From assembly GCF_003334255.1 (NCBI RefSeq), contig NZ_QOWU01000022.1: a DNA stretch of 64,000 nucleotides; one strand, written 5' to 3'. Position numbers and translations under genes: made by a program. This DNA comes from Escherichia coli (GTDB lineage: Bacteria > Pseudomonadota > Gammaproteobacteria > Enterobacterales > Enterobacteriaceae). Below the pieces are notes generated by a model, which made no database searches, was not told the DNA's origin, and was given only the letters and a program-made list of their open reading frames with translations. How positions within the stretch are numbered: the first letter of the stretch is position 1; the number at the start of each line of letters is the position of its first letter. Positions 33,404-44,500 of this stretch are shown here, one piece after another.

Positions 33404-34327
33404 ATGGAAAAAAATAGTCTGTTTAGTCAGCGCATCCGTTTGCGCCACCTTCATACATTCGTAGCTGTCGCACAACAAGGAACTTTGGGGCGCGCGGCTG
33501 AAACCCTTAATTTGAGTCAACCTGCGCTCTCTAAGACATTGAATGAACTGGAGCAGCTGACTGGCGCTCGCTTGTTTGAGCGTGGTCGTCAGGGGGCGCA
33601 ACTTACCTTACCCGGCGAACAATTTTTAACGCATGCAGTCAGAGTTCTTGACGCCATCAACACTGCCGGACGGTCGCTTCATCGTAAAGAAGGTCTTAAT
33701 AATGATGTCGTCAGGGTTGGTGCACTACCTACTGCGGCACTGGGGATATTACCTTCGGTTATAGGTCAGTTTCATCAGCAACAAAAAGAGACGACCTTGC
33801 AAGTTGCGACAATGAGTAACCCTATGATTCTGGCGGGTTTAAAAACCGGGGAAATCGATATCGGCATTGGTCGGATGTCAGATCCTGAACTGATGACCGG
33901 GCTTAATTACGAACTGCTGTTTCTTGAATCGTTGAAGCTGGTTGTCCGCCCTAATCACCCGCTACTTCAGGAGAACGTAACGCTAAGCCGGGTGCTGGAA
34001 TGGCCGGTCGTTGTATCACCAGAAGGCACTGCGCCACGCCAGCATTCAGATGCATTAGTGCAGAGCCAGGGCTGTAAAATTCCTTCGGGTTGTATCGAAA
34101 CGCTGTCTGCTTCGCTATCTCGTCAACTTACGGTTGAATACGATTACGTGTGGTTTGTCCCTTCTGGCGCTGTAAAAGACGACCTGCGTCATGCCACGCT
34201 GGTGGCCCTGCCTGTTCCGGGACATGGTGCAGGCGAACCGATTGGAATACTGACCCGCGTAGATGCGACGTTCTCTTCTGGTTGCCAGTTGATGATTAAC
34301 GCTATTCGAAAATCAATGCCGTTCTGA
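33404..34327 (+). CDS. ydcI: LysR-family transcriptional regulator YdcI (307 aa)
   Basis: ORF 33263..34327 trimmed to ATG at 33404 (MEKNSLFSQRIRLRHLHTFVAVA...). Confidence 0.85.
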   Translation: MEKNSLFSQRIRLRHLHTFVAVAQQGTLGRAAETLNLSQPALSKTLNELEQLTGARLFERGRQGAQLTLPGEQFLTHAVRVLDAINTAGRSLHRKEGLNNDVVRVGALPTAALGILPSVIGQFHQQQKETTLQVATMSNPMILAGLKTGEIDIGIGRMSDPELMTGLNYELLFLESLKLVVRPNHPLLQENVTLSRVLEWPVVVSPEGTAPRQHSDALVQSQGCKIPSGCIETLSASLSRQLTVEYDYVWFVPSGAVKDDLRHATLVALPVPGHGAGEPIGILTRVDATFSSGCQLMINAIRKSMPF

Positions 34328-34364
34328 AAGGTGAAGGGATCTGTCGATCCCTCCTTGAATATTT

Positions 34365-36005
34365 TCACACCGTAGCGAAACTAACTGGTTCACCCGCTCC
34401 GCGAGGTTCTGCCGACACAGAATGTTTGTGCAGACGGAATACATCCACCGCCTCAGTTAATCGTGCCGCCTGTTCTTCAAGGGACACCGCCGCCGCTGAG
34501 GCCTCTTCTACCAGAGAAGCATTCTGTTGCGTCACCTTATCCATTTCAGAAATCGCCTGGCTAACCTGCGTTATGCCTCTACTTTGTTCATCCGAGGCGG
34601 CGGCGATTTCCTGCATGATATGTGTGACACTCGCGACGGCATCAACAATAGTGCTCATGGTTTTCCCGGCCGTTGCCACCTCATCCGACCCCAGGTCAAT
34701 TAACCTGACTGATTCACTGATCAAGCCTTCAATCTCTTTCGCCGCCTGAGCGCTGCGACTTGCGAGTGTCCGTACTTCGCTGGCGACAACGGCAAATCCA
34801 CGCCCTTGCTCACCCGCTCGCGCGGCTTCAACGGCAGCATTCAGTGCCAGAATATTCGTCTGGAAAGCAATACTGTTGATGACGGCGGTGATCTCAGAAA
34901 TTTTCTTCGAACTCGTGGAGATAGCGCCCATCGTTTTTACTACACCGGAAACCGTCTGCCCGCCATCGCTGGCTTTAATAGAAGCCTCTTGCGCCAGTTT
35001 GCTGGCATGATGCGCGTTATCCGCATTCTGTTTCACCGTCGCAGTGAGTTGCTCCATGCTGGCGGCAGTTTGTTCGATAGCCGCCGCTTGTTCTTCGGTG
35101 CGAGATGACAGGTCCGCATTGCCAGCTGAAATTTCGCTGGTGCCACGATAAATCTCTTCCGCGCCCTGTCGAACAGTCCCTACTGTCATCCCCAGTGAAT
35201 GCTGCATTTGCTGTAAATGACGACTTAAGCGACCGATTTCATTACGACCCGCCGGTTCATCATTCATCGTCAGATCGCCACTGGCGATTTTTTCAATCCG
35301 TTGTGCGGCATGTTGCAGTGGACGAATGACGATCCGACGTAGCACCATAAATGTTATCAGCGTCATGACCAGGGCAAGCACAAACGCGCCAATCATGAAC
35401 ATCCCACCCAGGCGGGTGCGCTGATGGGCCAGTTCCGCCAGTTGGTTGGCTCTGGTGCTACGTATCTTAACGGCTTTGTTCAAAATATCGGTATAAGCAT
35501 TATCCAGCGGTCGGATCTGCTCACTTTCATGATTGATAATCGCTTCAAACATGCCATTTTTGGCATATTTCAACATAGGTTGCATACCCGTGATATAAGC
35601 CTGGAAGCGTTGATTTAATTCAGTGTCGAGGGCTTCATCAGCAGGTGTTTTCACCGGCCGATTCTGATAAGCACGATAACCTTGCTGCGACTGTTTAATC
35701 TCCGATTCGGCTTGCGCAATATTTCGCTTCATTGCTTCCATTTCCGCAATACGACTCGCAGCCCCGGCCTGAATCATATTGATCCGGGCTGAACGCAAAA
35801 AATCTGAACTGTTCGCTAACCCGGTCCGAATCTCAATCTCCGCAGTAACATCACGCTGATCGCGATCGGCCTGCCAGAGGAAATAGCCAGCCAGGGCTGA
35901 ACTTAATGCGAATAGAACTAAGATACCGCCTAGAATGCAGGCAAATAACGGAACCAATCTGATGTGATGCAAAAAACCTAATCGCTGTGAGGGAGTTGTA
36001 TTCAT
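34365..36005 (-). CDS. trg: Methyl-accepting chemotaxis protein III, Trg (546 aa)
   Basis: ORF track; two TM segments, HAMP domain and conserved MCP signalling domain. Confidence 0.9.
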   Translation of the reverse strand: MNTTPSQRLGFLHHIRLVPLFACILGGILVLFALSSALAGYFLWQADRDQRDVTAEIEIRTGLANSSDFLRSARINMIQAGAASRIAEMEAMKRNIAQAESEIKQSQQGYRAYQNRPVKTPADEALDTELNQRFQAYITGMQPMLKYAKNGMFEAIINHESEQIRPLDNAYTDILNKAVKIRSTRANQLAELAHQRTRLGGMFMIGAFVLALVMTLITFMVLRRIVIRPLQHAAQRIEKIASGDLTMNDEPAGRNEIGRLSRHLQQMQHSLGMTVGTVRQGAEEIYRGTSEISAGNADLSSRTEEQAAAIEQTAASMEQLTATVKQNADNAHHASKLAQEASIKASDGGQTVSGVVKTMGAISTSSKKISEITAVINSIAFQTNILALNAAVEAARAGEQGRGFAVVASEVRTLASRSAQAAKEIEGLISESVRLIDLGSDEVATAGKTMSTIVDAVASVTHIMQEIAAASDEQSRGITQVSQAISEMDKVTQQNASLVEEASAAAVSLEEQAARLTEAVDVFRLHKHSVSAEPRGAGEPVSFATV

Positions 36006-36284
36006 TACCGTTGTCTCTCGTCCAGGTTTACTCCTGATAGAAAGTCATCGGCATTTGACGGTAATTACTTACGACTAAAAGCCTCTTTGCGTCACATTTT
36101 TACAACAATTATTGCAGAGAAGATTAATGCTATTGGAATGAAGAGAGTAACGAATGGCTAAACCGAATGACGAAAAATTCTGGAAAACAGCACGCAATTT
36201 CGTGAAGTGATTATTTCGTCCCTAAGGAAACCTCATAGGATGCCTGCGGGTGCCTGAGACTTTCTGTTTTCAGGCTAACCGGGA

Positions 36285-36335
36285 ATCAGAAAGACGAAGG
36301 CCCAGACCGATATTTCTATCAACCGAGGCCAACGA

Positions 36336-36345
<10 letters not shown>
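36285..36345 (-). ncRNA. sokB: Probable SokB antisense RNA region (approximate coordinates)
   Basis: Position antisense to the mokB translation-initiation region, inferred from hok/sok architecture; boundaries not determined from sequence. Confidence 0.3.
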
Positions 36346-36543
<198 letters not shown>

Positions 36544-36614
36544 GGGCAAGCGCGGGGATTTTCCCCGTGCATCTGACTAGCGGATTCATTTTCTCATGGC
36601 ACCCCTTTTACACT

Positions 36615-36788
36615 TCAGTTAGTGCATGTTTTTTTCGATGCACTAATAGAACCATCATTACAGACAAATTTGCCGCCTGCCGTACAGTGTGAGATCCCCC
36701 CTTTCGAACCAGAACAGGGTTTGCGCCCGGCATCGGCATAAAAGGAAACAAGCGTTCCCATAAACAAAATAAGTGCCAGTTTTTTCAT
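36615..36788 (-). CDS. ydcA: Small secreted protein YdcA (57 aa)
   Basis: Not in ORF track. Reverse strand ATG after GGAGGT SD; MKKLALILFMGTLVSFYADAGRKPCSGSKGGISHCTAGGKFVCNDGSISASKKTCTN. Confidence 0.65.
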   Translation of the reverse strand: MKKLALILFMGTLVSFYADAGRKPCSGSKGGISHCTAGGKFVCNDGSISASKKTCTN

Positions 36789-36958
36789 ATAACCTCCATG
36801 GTTTATCGAATCTTATGTTCGATTTGAACGTTATACGCTGGTTTATTTTGATACCGTTGATGAGATCAAAGATCGGGTGAATTGATTAAAAATAAGGCAG
36901 ATGGACGTATGGGCAAGGATTATGGTTTTATTTGTCATACAAATAAATATAATAGGCG

Positions 36959-37022
36959 CTTCCGATGTAGACCCGTATTCTTCGCCTGTACCACGGGTCG
37001 GTTTTAGTACAGGCGTTTTCTT
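36959..37022 (+). ncRNA. rydC: Hfq-dependent small RNA RydC
   Basis: tataat -10 element immediately upstream; transcript cttccgatgtagacccgtattcttcgcctgtaccacgggtcggttttagtacaggcgttttc ends in a hairpin plus U-tract; lies between ydcA and cybB. Confidence 0.6.
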
Positions 37023-37032
37023 TAAATATCCT

Positions 37033-37563
37033 TCAAGAACGTTTACGCGGCATCATGCGTAGAAGTGTGTTGTCCTTCCAGAAATAGTGGTGTGCCAGTG
37101 CAGCCGCAGCGTGCAACCCGATGACAAAATATCCCAGATTCGCCAGCGTCTCATGCCACGACTTTAAGCTATCTACCCGTTCGAAATTGGCCTCTGAAGC
37201 GAAAGGCATCGTCAAACCAAACGCAAACCACGGGTTGCCCCGGTTATACATCATCACCAAACCAATCACTGGCAGCGCAATAAACAGGAGATAAATCACC
37301 AAATGTCCCAAATGCGCCAGTCCCGTCATCATCGGTTTTGGCTTAGGTATAATCGGCGGGGTCGGGTATTTCAGCCTTAACAAAAGACGAACCACCATCA
37401 GCACGAGAATTGAGATGCCGCAGGAAACATGAATCATGTTGATGAGCGGCCGATCGCTACGTGGGAAGAAACCCCGAAACTCCATTGCGCAATACGCTGC
37501 GATAACCAGTAAAAAGACCAGCCAGTGAATGCTGATTTGTAACCTTGAATATTTATTTTCCAT
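37033..37563 (-). CDS. cybB: Cytochrome b561 CybB (176 aa)
   Basis: ORF 37033..37599 trimmed to ATG at 37563 (MENKYSRLQISIHWLVFLL...). Confidence 0.85.
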   Translation of the reverse strand: MENKYSRLQISIHWLVFLLVIAAYCAMEFRGFFPRSDRPLINMIHVSCGISILVLMVVRLLLRLKYPTPPIIPKPKPMMTGLAHLGHLVIYLLFIALPVIGLVMMYNRGNPWFAFGLTMPFASEANFERVDSLKSWHETLANLGYFVIGLHAAAALAHHYFWKDNTLLRMMPRKRS

Positions 37564-37751
37564 AACATTTCCTGCTTTAACATAATTTTCCGTTAACATA
37601 ACGGGCTTTTCTCAAAATTTCATTAAATATTGTTCACCCGTTTTCAGTACGTTACGTTTCACTGTGAGAATGGAGATTGCCCATCCCGCCATCCTGGTCT
37701 AAGCCTGGAAAGGATCAATTTTCATCCGAACGTTCCTGACAGGAGAAAACC

Positions 37752-38753
37752 ATGAGTAAAGTTGGTATTAACGGTTTTGGTCGTATCGGTCGACTGGTGT
37801 TGCGTCGATTACTTGAAGTCAAAAGCAACATAGACGTTGTCGCTATTAATGATCTCACTTCCCCAAAAATTCTCGCCTACCTGCTGAAACATGATTCAAA
37901 CTACGGACCATTCCCCTGGAGCGTTGATTTTACGGAAGATTCACTTATCGTTGATGGGAAAAGTATCGCGGTTTACGCCGAAAAAGAGGCTAAAAATATT
38001 CCGTGGAAAGCGAAAGGTGCAGAAATCATTGTCGAATGTACTGGCTTTTATACCTCCGCCGAGAAATCGCAGGCGCATCTTGATGCTGGTGCGAAGAAGG
38101 TGTTGATTTCCGCCCCTGCCGGTGAAATGAAAACTATCGTTTATAACGTCAATGACGACACTCTGGATGGCAACGACACCATTGTTTCCGTGGCGTCATG
38201 CACCACTAACTGTCTTGCGCCGATGGCCAAAGCCTTGCATGACAGTTTCGGGATAGAAGTCGGCACGATGACGACCATTCATGCCTATACTGGCACCCAG
38301 TCACTGGTGGATGGCCCGCGTGGTAAAGATTTACGTGCTTCACGCGCCGCGGCAGAAAATATCATTCCCCACACTACGGGGGCGGCAAAAGCCATTGGTC
38401 TGGTGATACCGGAACTGAGCGGCAAACTGAAAGGTCATGCGCAACGCGTACCGGTGAAAACAGGTTCGGTCACTGAGCTGGTGTCCATTCTCGGAAAAAA
38501 AGTGACTACCGAAGAGGTGAATAACGCACTTAAACAAGCAACCACCAATAACGAGTCATTTGGTTATACCGATGAAGAAATAGTCTCTTCCGATATCATT
38601 GGCAGCCATTTCGGTTCGGTGTTTGATGCCACGCAAACGGAAATTACCGCCGTGGGCGATTTACAACTGGTGAAAACGGTCGCCTGGTACGATAACGAAT
38701 ATGGCTTCGTCACGCAGCTTATTCGCACCCTCGAAAAATTCGCTAAACTCTGA
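37752..38753 (+). CDS. gapC: Glyceraldehyde-3-phosphate dehydrogenase GapC, uninterrupted 333-aa frame
   Basis: ORF track; AGGAG SD; NAD-binding GFGRIGR and catalytic SCTTNC motifs. Confidence 0.9.
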   Translation: MSKVGINGFGRIGRLVLRRLLEVKSNIDVVAINDLTSPKILAYLLKHDSNYGPFPWSVDFTEDSLIVDGKSIAVYAEKEAKNIPWKAKGAEIIVECTGFYTSAEKSQAHLDAGAKKVLISAPAGEMKTIVYNVNDDTLDGNDTIVSVASCTTNCLAPMAKALHDSFGIEVGTMTTIHAYTGTQSLVDGPRGKDLRASRAAAENIIPHTTGAAKAIGLVIPELSGKLKGHAQRVPVKTGSVTELVSILGKKVTTEEVNNALKQATTNNESFGYTDEEIVSSDIIGSHFGSVFDATQTEITAVGDLQLVKTVAWYDNEYGFVTQLIRTLEKFAKL

Positions 38754-38762
38754 CGCGCACAG

Positions 38763-38790
38763 GCGGAGGAAAAAACCTCCGCCTCTTTCA
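38763..38790. terminator. Hairpin terminator between convergent gapC and aldA
   Basis: ggcggaggaaaaaacctccgcc followed by tctttc. Confidence 0.5.
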
Positions 38791-38794
38791 CTCA

Positions 38795-40234
38795 TTAAGA
38801 CTGTAAATAAACCACCTGGGTCTGCAGATATTCATGCAGGCCATGTTTACCATCTGCGCCGCCAATACCGGATTTACGCCATCCGGCGTGGAAGCCTTGC
38901 ATAGCTTCGAAGTTTTCACGGTTGATGTAAGTTTCACCAAACTTCAGCCCTTTAATGGCTTTCATCGCGACGTTCAGATTTTGGGTATAGATTGATGAGG
39001 TCAGGCCGTAATCACTGTCATTAGCCATTGAGATAGCATCTTCCAGCGTGTCAAATGCGACAACTGGCAGCACCGGGCCAAAGGTTTCCTCATGCATAAT
39101 CGACATTTCCTGGCGAACATCCAGCAGCAATGTCGGCGGATAATAATATCCTTTCCCCTCTACCGCTTTGCCACCCAACGCCACTCTCGCCCCTTCTTCT
39201 ACTGCGCGCGCCACTTTTTGCTCGACCCTTTCCAGCGCCGCGGCGTTAATCAACGGCCCCATCGCAATGTCGTTGCGTTCAGCGGGGTTACCAAATTGAA
39301 CCGCCTGCATCGCTTCACCCAGCCGATTGACGAACTGATCATAAATGCCTTTCTGTACATAAACACGTTCTGCACAGTTACACACTTGCCCACTATTAAT
39401 GACGCGTGAATCAACGATGGCTTTGACTGCCAGTTCAAGATCGGCATCGTCCATTACGATAGCTGGTGCTTTACCACCCAATTCCAGACACACTTTAGTG
39501 ATGTTTTTCGCCGCAGTCGCCATGATCTTCTCACCTGCAGAGACGCTGCCTGTCATACTGACCATTGCGACCTTTGGGTTACCCGCCAGTTCTTGCCCAA
39601 CGGTTTCACCACGCCCCAGAACAAGGTTAAACACGCCGCGCGGAAGGCCTATTTCATCGACGATTTTGGCGAATGCAATCGCATTGTTTGGCGTAAATTC
39701 ACTGGGTTTAATGACGATGGTATTACCGGTCAAAAGAGCGGGAGCCATTTTGCGGGCAATGAGGAAGAACGGGAAGTTCCACGGCAGAATGCCGGTAGTC
39801 ACGCCAAGTGCACGTTTAAACAGAAGAATATTTTCTCCTGGACGATCGCTTTGAATAATCTCGCCCTCGTAACGCCGTGCCCACTCCGCCATGTAATCGA
39901 TATAGTCCGCAGTAAAAGCCACTTCGACTTCAGCCAGCTGCTGGATCTTGCCCCCTTCTTCAACAATCAGCGCACTGATTTCACTGGCGCGTTCGCGGAT
40001 CCCGGCGGAGATTTTGCGCAACCAACTGGCGCGTTCAATGGCAGGCAACGCTTCCCATTCTGGTTGTGCACGTTCTGCTGCATCGATTGCCTTACGGGCA
40101 TCCTCGGCCTGACCATCGGGAATGCTGGAAATGACAGCCTCTGTAGCAGGGTTTACCACATCAATCCATGCGTCTCCACGCCAGGTAACAAACTGTCCAT
40201 CAATATACATAGGATGTTGAACGGGTACTGACAT
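38795..40234 (-). CDS. aldA: Lactaldehyde dehydrogenase AldA (479 aa)
   Basis: ORF track; aldehyde dehydrogenase family. Confidence 0.9.
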   Translation of the reverse strand: MSVPVQHPMYIDGQFVTWRGDAWIDVVNPATEAVISSIPDGQAEDARKAIDAAERAQPEWEALPAIERASWLRKISAGIRERASEISALIVEEGGKIQQLAEVEVAFTADYIDYMAEWARRYEGEIIQSDRPGENILLFKRALGVTTGILPWNFPFFLIARKMAPALLTGNTIVIKPSEFTPNNAIAFAKIVDEIGLPRGVFNLVLGRGETVGQELAGNPKVAMVSMTGSVSAGEKIMATAAKNITKVCLELGGKAPAIVMDDADLELAVKAIVDSRVINSGQVCNCAERVYVQKGIYDQFVNRLGEAMQAVQFGNPAERNDIAMGPLINAAALERVEQKVARAVEEGARVALGGKAVEGKGYYYPPTLLLDVRQEMSIMHEETFGPVLPVVAFDTLEDAISMANDSDYGLTSSIYTQNLNVAMKAIKGLKFGETYINRENFEAMQGFHAGWRKSGIGGADGKHGLHEYLQTQVVYLQS

Positions 40235-40430
40235 GGGCGACTCCTGTGATTTATATGTTTGTTTTCGGTGAATGCATTGTTAATTAACATCAATCATCAG
40301 AGAGACGGCATCGTGAAAGGACAATTCTGTGAAGGGCTTCATAAAAACAAGTGTAAAAGGAATAAGAGGCAGAAATAAAAGGCAGGAGTTATGCCCGTTT
40401 GCAAACAAGTGGTTCACAAACGGGCAATTT

Positions 40431-41231
40431 TTAACGTAACGAGCGACTTTCCATCGCCTCGATGAGCACCGCATCGTGTTTCAGCGTTTGCCATGCATGG
40501 GTGACTTCTGCCGGAAAATCAACGTGAACGATAAAATCTCGCCCGCGGGGACCGTAGCCATCGCTATCATCGCGTAAACGCGGCAGCTCGCCAGTGAGTA
40601 GTGATAGATAACGCTCAACCGGCCATAATCCTTGTAACTGATTAATAAAGATTACACTGTCTACGTTATTTCCTAACTGAGGAACGAATCCGGGATAACT
40701 TAACCAGCGTGGTGCATCGGGATTGTCCCCGGTCATACGGCGGAACGTCGCCATCGTGCGCCGCTGCATGGTGGGGTCCTGAACAACGATAGCCGTATGA
40801 ACTCGTTCTACGGCCTGATTCAATAGCGCGATGCTAAAGCGTGCGTTTTCACCGCAGTTTGTTGACTGGTCTTCAATCCAGATTTTTTCATGCGGAATAT
40901 GCCAGAACTGATGAGCGATATCCGCCAGGATGGTCGCTTCTGCTCTGCCAGTGGTGCGGATAGTGTTGTAGTGCGGATGCTGTGCGATGGCGCTATACAA
41001 AAAAGTTGTCGAGTGACCGATACCACCACTAATCAGTAAAGGAATTTGCTGATCGCGGGCAATCTTACATGCCGCATCGATAGTCGGCATAACCGCATTG
41101 CCTGCAAGGATCACGCAATCGGCCTGATACGGCACCTCACCGGAGAAATCATCCTGCGCCAGCCACTGTCCAATAACATTTATGGCATCTATGGTTGCCG
41201 TCGAAAGCGTCGGAAACGGGGTATTGTTCAT
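40431..41231 (-). CDS. ydcF: DUF218-family protein YdcF (266 aa)
   Basis: ORF track; synteny. Confidence 0.85.
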   Translation of the reverse strand: MNNTPFPTLSTATIDAINVIGQWLAQDDFSGEVPYQADCVILAGNAVMPTIDAACKIARDQQIPLLISGGIGHSTTFLYSAIAQHPHYNTIRTTGRAEATILADIAHQFWHIPHEKIWIEDQSTNCGENARFSIALLNQAVERVHTAIVVQDPTMQRRTMATFRRMTGDNPDAPRWLSYPGFVPQLGNNVDSVIFINQLQGLWPVERYLSLLTGELPRLRDDSDGYGPRGRDFIVHVDFPAEVTHAWQTLKHDAVLIEAMESRSLR

Positions 41232-41447
41232 GGTTCCTCCTTATCGTTCCCTTAAGAATACTGCGTGAGATAATAGTGAGAAGCGGAGCACTCTGAAAGG
41301 AGGAAGTCGTATTTCCTTAACCGCCACTCCGCAAGCCTGACATATCTTTTAAGGAAATGCTGTAGATAAACATTATTCATCTTGCAGCAGAGAATTGTAT
41401 TTTTCTGAATTCCTGAATTTTTGCCCTTACCGTTTTAGAATTAATAA

Positions 41448-41480
41448 AAAACCCGGCGCTAAATGCTTACCGGGTTTTAG
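41448..41480 (-). terminator. Rho-independent terminator downstream of hrpA
   Basis: On the minus strand: hairpin cccggtaagcatttagcgccggg followed by a T6 tract. Confidence 0.55.
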
Positions 41481-41502
41481 ATTTATCAGGCAAATAGCAG
41501 TG

Positions 41503-44500
41503 TTAACCGCTAATCTGTTCCATCGCCTGCAAAATACGCTTATCTGAAATCGGATAAGGCGTACCAAGTTGTTGAGCGAAGTAACTAACGCGCAGCTCTT
41601 CTATCATCCAACGGATCTCTTTCACGTCTTCATCCTCACGACGTGCGGGCGGCAGTTTGTTGATCCATTGCTGCCACGCCTGCTGGACGTTTTCGACTTT
41701 CAGCATCTGTGCACGATCGCGATGTGGATCAACCGCCAGTTTTTCCAGTCGTTTTTCAATCGCCTGCAAATATCGCAGCGTGTCGCCCAGCCGTTTGAAG
41801 CCGTTACCAGTGACAAAACCGCGATATACCAATCCGCCCATCTGCGCTTTAATGTCAGAAAGCCCCAGTGCCATGGTCATATCCACCCGCCCTTTCAGAC
41901 GTTTGTTGATATTGAACACCGCAGTGAGGATTTGCTCGACCTGCTTCGCAATATCCACCACCGTGTCATTCAGTTCGGCGCGCACTTTTTCATGCAGCGC
42001 AGCAAAGCCTTCTTCCGTCCAGACCGGGCCACCATTGGCGTCGATCAATTTATCCACACCGCAGGAGATACAGTCGTCGATCAGCTCCAGCACTTTGCCA
42101 TACGGGTTAAAGTACAGCCCCAGCTTGGCTTTGTTTGGCAACTTCTCATGCAAATATTTGATTGGCGAGGGAATATTCAGCAGCAGTAGACGGCGAAGAC
42201 CGTTCCACATTGCCTGCTTTTGCTCCAGCGGGTTATCAAACAGTTTGATCGCCACACTGTCGCGTTCATCCACTAGCGCTGGCCACGCCTTCACTTTGTA
42301 GTTGCCACGCTTCTGTTCGTAGCTTTCCGGCAGTTGCCCAAAGCTCCAGATATGCAGCCCGCTCTGCTCGATACCGTCATCCGCCACCGCAGACAGCGTT
42401 TCCTGCACTTTGCCTTTCAGGGCGTCTTTCAGATCCTGTAATGAGCGCCCTTCTTTTAGCTTCTTATTTTTGTCGTCCACCACGCGGAAGGTGATTTTTA
42501 GGTGATCGGGCACCTGATCCCAGTGCCAGTCTTCGCGGTCAACGGTAACGCCGGTCATCCGCCGTAACTCGCGCTCAAGGCTGTCAAGCAACGGTAACTC
42601 CAGCGGTGTGACGCGGCCTAAAAACGCTTCGGCATAGTTTGGCGCAGGTACAAAATTACGGCGTACCGGTTTCGGCAACGATTTAATCAGAGCAATCACC
42701 AGTTCGCGGCGCAGACCGGGGATCTGCCATTCAAACCCGCTCTCCTCAACCTGGTTAAGTAACGGCAGCGGAATATGTACGGTCACACCGTCAGCATCCG
42801 CGCCGGGCTCAAACTGATAGCTCAAACGCAGCTTGAGATTGCCCTGATGCCAGAAGTTCGGGTAATCCAGCTTGCTGATTTTTTCCGCCCCTTCTTTGAT
42901 CAACATGCTCTTTTCAAAGTTGAGCAAATCAGGCGTTTCGCGGCTGACTTTTTTCCACCAGCTGTCGAAGTGGCGTGCAGAGATCACATCATGGCTGATG
43001 CGCTGGTCGTAGAACTCAAACAACGTTTCGTCATCAACCAGAATATCGCGGCGACGTGATTTGTGTTCCAGCTCTTCCACTTCGGCCCGCAGTTTCAGGT
43101 TTTCACGGAAGAATGCGTGACGAGTCTGCCAGTCACCTTCCACCAGCGCGTGGCGAATAAAGAGTTCACGACATAACGCCGGATCAATCTGGCTGTAGTT
43201 GACCTTGCGCGCGGCAACAATCGGCAAGCCATAAACAGTGACTTTTTCCGTTGCCATCACCGCGCCCTGCGCCCGTTCCCAGTGCGGTTCGCTGTAGGTG
43301 CGTTTAATCAAATGCTGAGCAACTGGCTCCACCCATTCCGGGTCGATGCGCGCAGCAATGCGCCCCCACAGGCGGCTGGTTTCTACCAGTTCCGCCACCA
43401 TTACCCATTTCGGCGGTTTTTTGAATAAACCAGAACCGGGGAAGATGGAGAAACGCGCGTTACGTGCGCCGGTATATTCTTGTTTATCGGCATCTTTCAT
43501 GCCGATATGGGAAAGCAAACCCGTCAGCAACGCAATGTGAATTTCGCGATACTCCGCCGGTTCGCTGTTAACCGGAATGCCAAGTTCTTTCACCACCTGA
43601 CGCAACTGGGTGTAGATATCCTGCCATTCGCGCACGCGCAGATAGTTGAGATAATCGGTGCGGCACAGGCGACGGAAAGCGTTTGAAGAGAGCGCCTTTT
43701 GCTGCTCGCCGAGATAATTCCACAGATTCACAAACGCGAGGAAGTCGGATTCTTTGTCGTGGAAGCGACGATGTTTTTCGTCCGATGCCTGCTGTTTATC
43801 CATCGGACGCTCGCGCGGATCCTGAATGGAGAGCGCGGACGTGATAATCATCGCCTCACGCACGCAGCCATGTTTTTGCGCTTCCAGCACCATACGCGCC
43901 AAACGTGGGTCGACAGGCAACTGCGAGAGCTGGCGACCGAGCGGCGTCAGTTTATAGGCGCTGACCTGTTCATCAGTGGTGATCGCGCCCAGTTCTTCGA
44001 GCAGACGCACGCCATCCTGGATATTGCGTTTATCCGGTGCTTCGACAAACGGGAACGCCGCGATATCGCCCAGCCCCAGCGCGGTCATCTGCAAAATAAC
44101 CGATGCCAGGTTGGTACGCAGAATCTCCGGATCGGTAAACTCCGGGCGCGAGAGGAAATCGTCTTCGGAATAGAGACGAATACAGATCCCTTCGGACACA
44201 CGACCACAGCGGCCTTTACGCTGATTGGCAGACGCCTGGGAAATCGGCTCAATCGGCAAACGCTGCACTTTGGTGCGATAGCTGTAGCGGCTGATACGCG
44301 CCGTACCGGGGTCGATAACGTATTTAATCCCCGGTACGGTCAGCGAGGTTTCCGCGACGTTGGTCGCCAGCACAATGCGTCGCCCGCTGTGCGACTGGAA
44401 CACGCGGTTCTGTTCGCTATTCGAAAGCCGCGCATAAAGCGGCAAGATTTCGGTATGGCGTAAGTTCAGCTTGTTCAGCGCATCGGCGGTATCGCGGATT

